Below, piece after piece: positions 1-9,778 of a DNA stretch of 32,000 nucleotides. A model generated the notes under the pieces. It saw nothing but the letters and a program-made list of their open reading frames with translations, was not told where the DNA came from and did not search any database. Position numbers and translations under genes: made by a program. Source of the DNA: Wolbachia endosymbiont of Dirofilaria (Dirofilaria) immitis (lineage in GTDB: Bacteria > Pseudomonadota > Alphaproteobacteria > Rickettsiales > Anaplasmataceae); NCBI RefSeq assembly GCF_013365455.1, contig NZ_CP046578.1:540001-572000 (forward strand). The letters are read 5' to 3'. Positions within the stretch are counted from its first letter, which is position 1. Each line of letters opens with the position of its first letter.

Positions 1-669
1 CTTTACACTTTTATACAGGCCTTTGACCTTATTAATATTCTTCTTAGTACATTGCTGTATTACTTTAAGCTTTTTTTTCACTTCAATAGGTAAATTACAA
101 ATCACATCACTTACTACATCATCAAAAAAACTTGCACCCTGACTAGCTGCTATCACTAATATATTCAAGCTCTTTCCAGAGTGAATATAAGAATAGTCCT
201 GCGCTCTTACATAAACAAAATTTCCTGTAAAAATACACCTATTGCTCTCTACATATTTAGTTTCTGGAAAGCTAGTCGCAATCAGCTCTGCACTATTAAG
301 AAAAAATCTATTTACCCTTCCTAAAACTATATTTTGTTCATGTAAAATTACAGGTATAAAAAGAATTTTTGCCGCAAGAAGAGTTGGAAAAGAAGCATAG
401 CTGCCAAAACCAATAACTAGCCTTGGCTTCAATTTTTTTATTCGACACAATGCTAATATAAAACTATACGTTAACAAAAGGAAAAATTTAAATTTACTGC
501 TGCTTGGCTTACATAATGGTAGGGTATAGCTCTCTACATCTGTATTTTTATCTATTTTTTTATTAGTAAACAATATACAACTGTACCCTTGCAACTCTAG
601 TGCTTTCGCCAAGGTCATAGCTGGAAAAATGTGCCCACCTGTTCCGCCTGTTGCGAGAATAATATCCAT
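1..669 (-). CDS. murG: UDP-N-acetylglucosamine--N-acetylmuramyl-(pentapeptide) pyrophosphoryl-undecaprenol N-acetylglucosamine transferase, partial (C-terminus beyond window start)
   Basis: My manual reverse-strand translation from the ATG at 669 gives MDIILATGGTGGHIFPAMTLAKALELQG..., followed by VIGFGSYASFPTLLAAKILFIPVILHEQNIVLGRVNRF. The GGTGGHIFPA, GFGSYAS and LHEQN motifs are typical of MurG. The frame is open to the window edge. It is absent from the supplied ORF track, probably because it is truncated. Confidence 0.95.
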   Translation of the reverse strand, partial: MDIILATGGTGGHIFPAMTLAKALELQGYSCILFTNKKIDKNTDVESYTLPLCKPSSSKFKFFLLLTYSFILALCRIKKLKPRLVIGFGSYASFPTLLAAKILFIPVILHEQNIVLGRVNRFFLNSAELIATSFPETKYVESNRCIFTGNFVYVRAQDYSYIHSGKSLNILVIAASQGASFFDDVVSDVICNLPIEVKKKLKVIQQCTKKNINKVKGLYKSVK

Positions 670-1104
670 CTGCGTATAGCAATTAGTATTAGATTGTTAA
701 CTATTATTTAATAATTTGCACATTGAATTCTATCAAGCTTTATAGTAGAAAGTCAAAAGTACTTAACAAAAATAAGCCTAAAGACAAATAGAAGCCAAAA
801 TGAAGAGGCTTCACATGGAACTGCTAAAAAGTAGATAAAAGTTTCCTTAATTTGAGTGTCAGTATATTTCAGCAAAAGCTGACATAACAAAAATGGGAAA
901 CACTAATTTAAGCAACAAGATTTAGGTAATAAAGGATACAAAAGATCTCAAATCCGAAGATAAAGCTTAAAGTGAAAGCAGCAGCCGAAGAACTAAAAGA
1001 AAGGTAACAGAAGCCTGACAATGATATCAATCCGTTATAGGTTAAAACACATAATAAAACTTCTGCTCAAGATACTTGCAGCTTTAAAATAATGGAACGC
1101 TAAC

Positions 1105-2490
1105 TCAACTATTTAGTGACTCATTATCCGCAGCAAGTACTGATTCATGTATCATTTCCGAAACAGTTGGGTGAGGAAAAATTGTAGATTTTATATCAAG
1201 ATCTGTTGCTTCTATTTGCTTTGCAAAAACAAAATTGCTAACCAACTCTGTTACTTCCGCTCCTAACAGGTGAGCTCCAAGTAGCTCACCTGTTTTTTTA
1301 TCTATTACCGTTTTCACTAATCCTCCAGTTTCATCGAACACAATAGATTTACCATTAAAGTTAGAATAAAACTTTCCTACTTTTATATCATATCCACCTT
1401 TAATCGCTTGTTCTTCAGTTAGGCCAACACTTGCTATTTGTGGGTGAGAGTAAGTACAATTTGGTATGCACTCTTTTTTTAATACATGAGTACCCTTACC
1501 AGCAATCTTTTCAACACAGATCATAGCTTCATAACTCGCTTTATGTGCTAAACATGGAGGGCCAGCTACATCACCTATTGCATATATATTCGGCTCACAT
1601 GTTTCATACCATTCATTCGTTTCAATAAAGCCAGAAGGACTCAATTTAATCTTTGTATTCTCTAGACCTATATTCTCAGTGTTTGCTTGAACGCCAACTG
1701 CAACAATCACTCTATCAAATTCCTTGCTTTTACCACTACTTAGCTGTACTTTAACAGAGCCTCTATTTTTAGTTACAGTCTTTATACTATTGTTTGTATA
1801 TATTTTTATTCCCTGTTTCATAAATATTTCTTGCGCTAATCCTGAAATATCCCTATCTTCTAACGGCAAAATAGTGTCTTTTACCTCTATAATTGAAACA
1901 TCAACTCCCAAAGTACTACAGAAGCTTGCAAATTCCACCCCAATTGCACCAGATCCTATGATTAGCAACGATTTTGGTAATTTCTCTGGAGCTACAGCAT
2001 GACGAGCACTCCATATCAAGTCTCCATCTACTTCCACTCCAGGCAGATTTCGTGCTCTTACACCTGTTGCTAAAATAATATGCTTAGAAGAAATTTCTTG
2101 CTCTTTTCCGCTACTAAAAATCCTTATAGTACAATTACCTACAAGTTTACCAAAACCATGATAGACTTTAATGTCATTTTTTTTCATTAAGTATGAAAGA
2201 CTACTTGACAATTTATCAATAATATTTTTTGAGTATTTTACTATCGATTGTATATCAAAGCTCACATCCTTTACCTTTATACCAAACCTCTCCGATTTCT
2301 TTATAAGTCCATAGACTTCAGATGCCCTAAGTATCGATTTAGTTGGTATGCATCCCCAATTTAAGCATACGCCACCTAATTTTTCTTCTTTTTCAACAAT
2401 TGCAGCTTTAAACCCAAGCTGTACCGCTCTAATTGCTGCTATATAGCCACCAGGACCACCACCTACAACTACTATATCATATCTATCCAT
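1105..2490 (-). CDS. lpdA: Dihydrolipoamide dehydrogenase (E3)
   Basis: 461 aa; N-terminal FAD-binding GGGPGG, redox-active GGVCLNWGCIPTKS, second dinucleotide-binding motif GSGAIGVEF, and C-terminal HPHPTVSEMIHE-like dimerisation segment (IFPHPTVSEMIHES). Confidence 0.96.
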   Translation of the reverse strand: MDRYDIVVVGGGPGGYIAAIRAVQLGFKAAIVEKEEKLGGVCLNWGCIPTKSILRASEVYGLIKKSERFGIKVKDVSFDIQSIVKYSKNIIDKLSSSLSYLMKKNDIKVYHGFGKLVGNCTIRIFSSGKEQEISSKHIILATGVRARNLPGVEVDGDLIWSARHAVAPEKLPKSLLIIGSGAIGVEFASFCSTLGVDVSIIEVKDTILPLEDRDISGLAQEIFMKQGIKIYTNNSIKTVTKNRGSVKVQLSSGKSKEFDRVIVAVGVQANTENIGLENTKIKLSPSGFIETNEWYETCEPNIYAIGDVAGPPCLAHKASYEAMICVEKIAGKGTHVLKKECIPNCTYSHPQIASVGLTEEQAIKGGYDIKVGKFYSNFNGKSIVFDETGGLVKTVIDKKTGELLGAHLLGAEVTELVSNFVFAKQIEATDLDIKSTIFPHPTVSEMIHESVLAADNESLNS

Positions 2491-3371
2491 TATCTTTCAT
2501 ATTTAGAAACACTATATATAACAAATGGAACTAATATAATCAATGGCATTACTCCCCACTATCTAAATAGTTAACTAGCTTACGTTCTTAATTCATAAGA
2601 ACAGTATCAAAAACTACTTAACAGACTTCTCCAGCCTCTCTATCATAACAATAAAGATATTTAGTTATCTTCATAATCTGCACAAGTTGAATAACAAAAG
2701 CATCACGTAGTTGGTATCTTATGTTTAATTTTGTGCGGTATGTATCACCCAATGTACTTATAAAGTTTCAAGCTTTTACCACTTATACAAGCTGAAGTAC
2801 GCTTATAAAGTTTTAGAATAATAATAGACACCAGCTTATATGAGATTAGAAAGAATAGCTAGTCATTATAAGATTTCTTTTACCTCCTTCCTTTATTTAA
2901 TAAATTTATCAATGTCTATAACTGAAAATTATACAAATGCTGTAATTACAGGATCAACCACTGCTAGTGAGGTGCCATTCTAGTACTCTCATGATATCAT
3001 CTAAGTAGCCAGCTCTGAGGTTTAGCAGGTTTGTTTACTATACATAAAAAGTTTATATTTATACACTCATAAATAAATACAATAAAGTTTTACATATAGA
3101 CGCTACATAAAAATCCAGTTAAATAAGCTTGAAAACATAAAAACAAGGTTATTTCTAGCTTTGCACTAAAATATGATATGTAAAAACTAGAAAAGAGAGT
3201 TAAAAAAATTAATTTGATTGTGAAAAGAAATCTATATATTAGGTTAATTTATATAAAGAAATCATAAAATAAAACTAGATCCCAGTGTTAGGAACTCTTA
3301 AGATGACAGGAAAAAAGGAGCTACATATCTATAAACATACATTGCTTTAGCCCTATCATCTAATTCAGGAA

Positions 3372-4748
3372 TTAGTCAGCAATCACCTTATTTCTACCAC
3401 TATTCTTTGCTTTATATAAATACCTGTCAGCACGTACTATAAATTTTTTAATATTATCATCAGATTTTTGCATTTCTGTAACTCCAATACTTACAGTTAC
3501 ATTATGAGTTGTGTTTTTGTCTGAAAATGCAAAAGGTTCCATAGCAATAATTTTGCGTATCCTTTCTGCAACAGCATGAGCATCCGATATGCTAGCGTCT
3601 GGCATTACAACAACAAATTCCTCACCACCAAACCTAGCTAACAAATCCGTTACTCTAATATTTTCAGAAATTCTTTTCTGTATTTGCTTTAAAAGCTCAT
3701 CACCAGCACTATGTCCAAAATCGTCATTCACTACTTTAAAATAGTCTATGTCAAGTATCATAAGAGATAGCCTCCTATTCTTCTCTATAGAGTCCTTAAC
3801 AATATTTTTTAAGTGTGCATCAAAATATCTTCTATTATAACAGTTAGTTAGTGGATCCTTTATAGACATTTCCATATTATTGAATAAGTTCATTCTCAAA
3901 GCATCTTGATACCTCTTGCGCTTCACTTGTAAATTAACTCTTGCTATCAACTCACTTTCGTCTAATGGCACTGTTAAGTAGTCGTTAGCACCAACATCCA
4001 GTGCTTTTACTAAATTGCTTTTATCGTAATCTTCAGAAAGAATCAGAATTGGTGTATAACGTGTTTCTACTTTACTACGAAACTCAGAACATAAACGTAG
4101 GCCATCGGTTTTCGAGAATTGCATATCTGAAATAATTAAATCGTAATTATCTTCAATACCAACCTTTAATGCTTCAATTGGGTCATTTAGTATTTTAATC
4201 AACCTAAAGCGCTGTTTTAGTACATTATATATCTGCCGCCCTGCCTGAAAGATATCTTCATCTATAACAAGTATGTTAGCATCAAGAATCTGGTTGGAAT
4301 AACCCATAATACTACTTCCTTCCACCCCACCAATTTCAGCATTAGTTTCCCCTCTTAAACGCAATTCATCTATTATCATCTTTAAGCGTGTAAGAGATTT
4401 AATTCGTGCAGATAGAGCAGTTTCATCTATCGGTTTAGTCAAAAAGTCATCTGCACCAGCATTAATACCTTGTACTCTATCGTAAGTATCATGCAGTACA
4501 GTCACCATAATTATTGGAATATGAGTTGTTAAGGGATCACTCTTTAAGCTCCTACAGACTTCAAAGCCATTTATTTTTGGCATCATAATATCGAGCAATA
4601 TAATATCAGGCTGTTGTTTCGCTACTAAGTCTATAGCTTCTTTACCATCATGAGCTACAATAACTGCATAGTACTCCGCTTTTAGCCGAGCTTCTAAAAG
4701 CTTAACATTAGATAGCACATCATCTACTACCAGTATCTTCGCTGTCAT
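3372..4748 (-). CDS. pleD: PleD-type response regulator diguanylate cyclase (REC-REC-GGEEF)
   Basis: 458 aa; first receiver domain ILVVDD...ILLDIMMP...DFLTKPID, second receiver-like domain VIDED...LIISDM...DYLTVPLD, and GGDEF domain with LARFGGEEFVVVMPDA. Confidence 0.93.
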   Translation of the reverse strand: MTAKILVVDDVLSNVKLLEARLKAEYYAVIVAHDGKEAIDLVAKQQPDIILLDIMMPKINGFEVCRSLKSDPLTTHIPIIMVTVLHDTYDRVQGINAGADDFLTKPIDETALSARIKSLTRLKMIIDELRLRGETNAEIGGVEGSSIMGYSNQILDANILVIDEDIFQAGRQIYNVLKQRFRLIKILNDPIEALKVGIEDNYDLIISDMQFSKTDGLRLCSEFRSKVETRYTPILILSEDYDKSNLVKALDVGANDYLTVPLDESELIARVNLQVKRKRYQDALRMNLFNNMEMSIKDPLTNCYNRRYFDAHLKNIVKDSIEKNRRLSLMILDIDYFKVVNDDFGHSAGDELLKQIQKRISENIRVTDLLARFGGEEFVVVMPDASISDAHAVAERIRKIIAMEPFAFSDKNTTHNVTVSIGVTEMQKSDDNIKKFIVRADRYLYKAKNSGRNKVIAD

Positions 4749-5016
4749 TATCTTTAGATATATTATCTATATTGTAACTAGGATAAAATTTGCCATCTTT
4801 ACCAACTATATAATTTACCTTCTCGTGGTTATGCTCCTTACATAAATCTTCAATTCCAGCATTTTCTAACAAGCTTCTGATTCTTGACTTTACGATTACA
4901 AAATACCTATATATATCCCTAATAAAACTAATAAACACAGGCACCTTATTTTTATCAAGAACAATCACACCCACTAGAGCTACAACTAAAATTTCTGGAA
5001 GGCCTATGTTGAACAT
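4720..5016 (-). CDS. TatB/TatA-like small membrane protein (putative Sec-independent translocase component, divergent)
   Basis: 98 aa; N-terminus MFNIGLPEILVVALVGVIVLDKNKVPVFISFIRDIYRY resembles TatB MFDIGxxELLvvxxxxLvVLGPxrLP, followed by a charged region. The canonical GP of the hinge is replaced by DK. Confidence 0.6.
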   Translation of the reverse strand: MFNIGLPEILVVALVGVIVLDKNKVPVFISFIRDIYRYFVIVKSRIRSLLENAGIEDLCKEHNHEKVNYIVGKDGKFYPSYNIDNISKDNDSEDTGSR

Positions 5017-5020
5017 TTTC

Positions 5021-8000
5021 TTATGAGGCGAGCACCTTAATTCTTCTAATTATAAATACCAATTTGCTTAAATCAAGCTTAGAAGCAACCATTTCATTTA
5101 AGAAGCTATTGTAATGTTCTATGTAATCTACATCATCACGTGCCCAAGCCTGGACCTTATTTTCACAGTCATTAGCTGATTTTATAACTTTAACAGTTAG
5201 CTTGTAATGATAATTACTTAAATCATCCAATAGATCATTAATTAAGCTACGATCCCAATAAGAAGAATGACTCTTCATCTTAATAGCAATTGTTCTAATC
5301 AGATCAAATCTTAGTAGCGATTTTAACTCAAAGTATATTTTACCAACATTGAGAATAGATAAAGATGTTTGCTCAGAAATAGATATAACGTCCAATGCAT
5401 AAGCCAAAATGCACAAGTCAGCAACTTTCTTCGCTAGATCTTTATCTATATTAAGTTCTATTAAAGAAACGGACCCATGACGATAAACTTTCAATAGATG
5501 TTCATCTAAAACATCAGTCAAGTTCTGACCTAGAGTTTCAATTGCATCTTTAAACTTTGCAACATCACTCAAATCTATAAAACTAAGTTTACCTAGATTT
5601 TTTACTAACCAAAATGATACCTTACCAATAAACTTTTGCACGCTCCTTACCACTTGCAAGTATGAGCTAACATCAATCTTTCCATCTAATTCATCAATTT
5701 TCTGCCATAAGCTATTTAAACTATATAGATGATTAACAATAATATACAAATTAACTGCCTCGTACACCTTAATTCCAGTTTTTTCAACTAAATTATTAAT
5801 AAATATACACCCCATCCTATTCACTATATCATTTGCAATGCAAGTAGAAACAATTTCTCTACGCAGTTGGTGCTTCAATATAAAATCTCTAAACTCTGTT
5901 GCCATCTCTTGTGGAAAGTAATTTAGTAAGTAATCACGACATAAAGAATCCTTTTCAGGAAGTTCAGAACATATAATCTCACTTTTTATTGCTGTCCTAG
6001 CATAAGACATAAGAATAGCAAGCTGAGGAGAGTTAAAGCCTTCTGCTCCAGTCAACATTCTCGCTATTTCCTCATCAGCTGGAAGAAATTCCACATTTCT
6101 ATCCAATAATCCAGATTTTTCTAAACTGAGCAATAATCTATGGTGCTGTTCCAACCTTTCTTTAGCTTGTAAGCACTCAAGGAGCAACGCTTTCGTTTCA
6201 ACTTTGTTATGGTCTTCAAGCACCTTGGATGCAACTTCATCTATCATACTAGAAAGTATTTCATTCCTTTTTTTTAGGGAAATACCACCTTCTTTCATAA
6301 CTGAAACAAATGCAATTTTGATATTAACTTCAAGATCAGAACATATTACTCCTGCTGAATTATCAATAAAATCTGCATTGATATATCCACCACTTTTAGC
6401 ATATTCTATCCTTCCAAGCTGTGTGCAACCAAGATTACCACCCTCTATGAACATAGAAGCCCTGATATCTCTACCATTCACTCTTAACTCATCGTTTGCT
6501 TTATCACCAACTACATCATGACTTTCACTTTTTGCCTTAACAAAGGTGCCAATTCCCCCATTCCATATCAAATCTACTTCTGCCTTTAGCAAATATCGGA
6601 TCAAGCTGTTTGGAGATAACACGTCCTCTGTTATACCAAAGCACTTTTTCATTTCTCTAGAAACGTTTACCTGTTTACTGCTACGCTCAAACACCCCTCC
6701 ACCTTGAGAAATCAAACCTTTATTATAATCCATCCAAGTTGAAAATGGTAACTCAAAAAGACGTTTACGTTCTGTGAAACTACTTTTTGCATCAGGGTTT
6801 GGATCAATAAAAATATGCATATGGTTAAATGCACCTATCAAACGCACATTTCTTGAAAGTAGCATGCCATTCCCAAATAGATCACCAGCCATATCCCCGA
6901 TCCCAATAACAACCACATTTTGATAAATACTCTTATTAATCTTCCAAAAATGTCTTTGTGCTGCAATCCACGCACCTCTAGCTGTGATACCCATTCTTTT
7001 ATGATCATAACCAGATGATCCACCAGATGCAAACGCATCACCAAGCCAAAAATTATACTCGGAGGCTATTTGGTTAGCATAATCAGAAAATGAAGCAGTA
7101 CCTTTATCTGCCGCAACTACTAAATATGGGTCATCTTCATCATATCTAATCACATTTTTTGGTGGAATTATTTCACCATCAACTATATTATCAGTAACAT
7201 CAAGCATTCCCCTGATAAAATTCTTATAGCATTCAATACCTTTTTCCCTTAAAGTATTTTCATCTCTATAGACTTTCTTTATTACAAATCCACCCTTTGC
7301 ACCAACAGGAACGATAACTGCATTTTTCGTCATCTGAGCTTTCATAAGCCCTAAAATTTCAGTACGAAAATCCTCTGTTCTATCTGACCATCTTAGACCA
7401 CCACGTGCTAATTTTCCTCCTCTTAAATGAATTCCCTCAAAAAGGTTTGAATAAATATACAATTCACAGTATGGACGCGGATTAGGTAAACCATTTATTT
7501 TATTTGAATCAAATTTCATGGATAAGTAAGGTTTATCATTTTGATAATAACTAGTCCTCAAAATGGACATTATCAAGTTAAATATAGAACGTAAAACATA
7601 ATCATGTGAAACATTACTGACTCCCCTCAGAAGTTCTTCAATTTTCTCTCTGAAAATATCAGTAGTTTCTACTCTATCAATATCTATGTTAGGATCAAAT
7701 CTCACATGAAACAGCTGTATCAAATACTTTACTACTTTTGGATACTCTGAGACCACTTTTTGGATATATCCTGGATCGTAGTTAAATGACATTTGCTTTA
7801 AGTAAGCACTTAATGCTCTAATTAGAAGCACTTCTTTCCACTCTAAGCCAGCAATAATGATCAAACTGTTAAAATAGTCATTTTTGATTTCCCTATTGAA
7901 TACTTTCGTAATCGTCATCTCAAACTGCTCTTTTAGAGTGATGTTATTTATTAATTTATCAACCCTTGATAACACAAAATGGTGTATCCACATCCCACCA

Positions 8001-9769
8001 TTAATCTCTATGTAATAACTATTATGAGACAGGATCTTTGTCCCTAAATTCTTAGTAATTTTTAATATCTTCGATAATTCAAGCCCACCGTTACTTGAAG
8101 TGTAAACCTTCAATTGATAATTAAGATTATCACGAGTAAGCTTCAAATCAACTTCACTCGTTCCTTTCCTTCTCACCATCTCTAATTTCTTCATATCATA
8201 ATATGCACTATGAGGTTCAAAACTCTCCTGATAGCTTATTGGAAATGCTTTGCAGTAACGGATGAATATATCTTCAACAGTACTGAAAGTGCCATATAGG
8301 TTATCTATAAAACGATCCTCCCACTTTTCTGTAATATTCCTTAACTTATTTTCAATACACAAAACCTTATCATTAAGAACACTAACACTTTTATTCTTTA
8401 GAACCACATGCAATTTCATTAAATCATACTCATTAATAATATGATTATTGCAAATATCTGAACTTTCCGCATTCGTCTCATTTTTTAATATATCACGTAT
8501 CTTGAACATTAATCTAGCACTAGCATACCGCATTGGTATTAGTATTATACAACTAATAAAATTCCCTACTCTTCTTAAAAAGAGTTTAACTCTTGGCCTA
8601 ATTGCAAGAGACATGATTGAAGTACAAATCTTAAATAATTCGTCTTCATTCGATTGAAATAATTCATCACAAGAAAATGCTTGTAAAATAGAAACCAAAG
8701 CCTTATTATTGTGTCCACCAGGCACAAATCCTGTTTTTCTCTCTATTGCTTTAACTTTACTCTTTACTATTGGAATAGTGCGAATATCCTGAACTTCTGC
8801 TATAGAAGTAAATAATCCAAAAAAACGACTCTCCTTTACCATATTACCCTGATCATTAAATTCTTTCACTCCTATACAATTCATGTATGTACGTCGATGA
8901 ACTATTGAGATCAGATCTGACCTTATTATATACAAATTCAAATCCTCAGAAGAAGTTAAAGAACCTTGATATTCTTTGCTTGCTCTCATCAAACCAAGAT
9001 TTTTCTCATCACTAGAAACAAGTTTTCCATCTCTATCGGTAATGCATTCTTGATAACCTAAAAATATAAAATTATTATTTCTCAACCAAATTAGAAAATC
9101 TATAACTTGATCAGCAGTATACAACGGTGAAACCTGGACCTTAACATCTGTTATTTGAGTAACAGAACAAAGTCCATTCTTCATTTCGTCTAGCCTTTGT
9201 AGCATTAGGCGCCAATCTTTTACAACATAATTAACTGCCTTCAGTGTTTCTCGTAGAGACTCTTTCAGAGTATTAACAAAACTATCACTTATACCCTTAA
9301 TAATTACATATATCACCGACTCCTTTACACCATTATTTTCTTCTACATCATAAATCTCATCAATCAAGCCACTTTTTCTTTTAATATTAATTACACTATT
9401 ACTATAATAGTATATAGTCAAGTCGTGCGATTTAATAGCAGCAACAACAGAGTCAACCAGAAAAGGCATATCATCATTCGTTATCTTAACTATAGTAAAA
9501 TTACCCTTTACTCCTGGTATATCATTTACATTACTTACCCTTAATTTACTTTTCTCTCTTTCCTTTTTAAGAATGAAGTTGTATGCATCCTCTGCAATAT
9601 ACAGAAGGAACCTATTATTAACCTTCAAATCACTACTATAAACAAAACTATAAAAATACTTTACAAATTCTCTAATTTTTTCTTTTTCTTTTTTGTTCCC
9701 TTGATTAATCAACTTAAATAAAGATTCAGTGTCAATATTATTATTCACACACATTTTTTCACGCAACAC
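5021..9769 (-). CDS. Large (about 180 kDa) NAD-specific glutamate dehydrogenase
   Basis: 1582 aa with segments typical of the large bacterial NAD-GDH family: GIHLRGGKLARGGLRWSDRTEDFRTEILGLMKAQMTKNAVIVPVGAKGGF, AADKGTASFSDYAN, DAFASGGSSGYDHKRMGITARGAW, GIGDMAGDLFGNGML. Confidence 0.96.
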   Translation of the reverse strand: MLREKMCVNNNIDTESLFKLINQGNKKEKEKIREFVKYFYSFVYSSDLKVNNRFLLYIAEDAYNFILKKEREKSKLRVSNVNDIPGVKGNFTIVKITNDDMPFLVDSVVAAIKSHDLTIYYYSNSVINIKRKSGLIDEIYDVEENNGVKESVIYVIIKGISDSFVNTLKESLRETLKAVNYVVKDWRLMLQRLDEMKNGLCSVTQITDVKVQVSPLYTADQVIDFLIWLRNNNFIFLGYQECITDRDGKLVSSDEKNLGLMRASKEYQGSLTSSEDLNLYIIRSDLISIVHRRTYMNCIGVKEFNDQGNMVKESRFFGLFTSIAEVQDIRTIPIVKSKVKAIERKTGFVPGGHNNKALVSILQAFSCDELFQSNEDELFKICTSIMSLAIRPRVKLFLRRVGNFISCIILIPMRYASARLMFKIRDILKNETNAESSDICNNHIINEYDLMKLHVVLKNKSVSVLNDKVLCIENKLRNITEKWEDRFIDNLYGTFSTVEDIFIRYCKAFPISYQESFEPHSAYYDMKKLEMVRRKGTSEVDLKLTRDNLNYQLKVYTSSNGGLELSKILKITKNLGTKILSHNSYYIEINGGMWIHHFVLSRVDKLINNITLKEQFEMTITKVFNREIKNDYFNSLIIIAGLEWKEVLLIRALSAYLKQMSFNYDPGYIQKVVSEYPKVVKYLIQLFHVRFDPNIDIDRVETTDIFREKIEELLRGVSNVSHDYVLRSIFNLIMSILRTSYYQNDKPYLSMKFDSNKINGLPNPRPYCELYIYSNLFEGIHLRGGKLARGGLRWSDRTEDFRTEILGLMKAQMTKNAVIVPVGAKGGFVIKKVYRDENTLREKGIECYKNFIRGMLDVTDNIVDGEIIPPKNVIRYDEDDPYLVVAADKGTASFSDYANQIASEYNFWLGDAFASGGSSGYDHKRMGITARGAWIAAQRHFWKINKSIYQNVVVIGIGDMAGDLFGNGMLLSRNVRLIGAFNHMHIFIDPNPDAKSSFTERKRLFELPFSTWMDYNKGLISQGGGVFERSSKQVNVSREMKKCFGITEDVLSPNSLIRYLLKAEVDLIWNGGIGTFVKAKSESHDVVGDKANDELRVNGRDIRASMFIEGGNLGCTQLGRIEYAKSGGYINADFIDNSAGVICSDLEVNIKIAFVSVMKEGGISLKKRNEILSSMIDEVASKVLEDHNKVETKALLLECLQAKERLEQHHRLLLSLEKSGLLDRNVEFLPADEEIARMLTGAEGFNSPQLAILMSYARTAIKSEIICSELPEKDSLCRDYLLNYFPQEMATEFRDFILKHQLRREIVSTCIANDIVNRMGCIFINNLVEKTGIKVYEAVNLYIIVNHLYSLNSLWQKIDELDGKIDVSSYLQVVRSVQKFIGKVSFWLVKNLGKLSFIDLSDVAKFKDAIETLGQNLTDVLDEHLLKVYRHGSVSLIELNIDKDLAKKVADLCILAYALDVISISEQTSLSILNVGKIYFELKSLLRFDLIRTIAIKMKSHSSYWDRSLINDLLDDLSNYHYKLTVKVIKSANDCENKVQAWARDDVDYIEHYNSFLNEMVASKLDLSKLVFIIRRIKVLAS

Positions 9770-9778
9770 ACAGTAATT

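Noticed and set aside
1724-2002. 92-aa plus-strand ORF antisense to lpdA
   Set aside because: Lies fully within the strongly supported lpdA CDS; low-complexity hydrophobic translation with no recognisable domain.
2491-3371. Short repeated strings such as ACTTATAAAGTTT / GCTTATAAAGTTTT around 2760-2820
   Set aside because: AT-rich partial repeats, expected by chance in this composition; no array periodicity.
5021-9769. Antisense ORFs inside GDH (6204..6521, 6838..7044, 8262..8444, 8448..8657)
   Set aside because: All overlap a long conserved CDS on the other strand and look like chance antisense frames.
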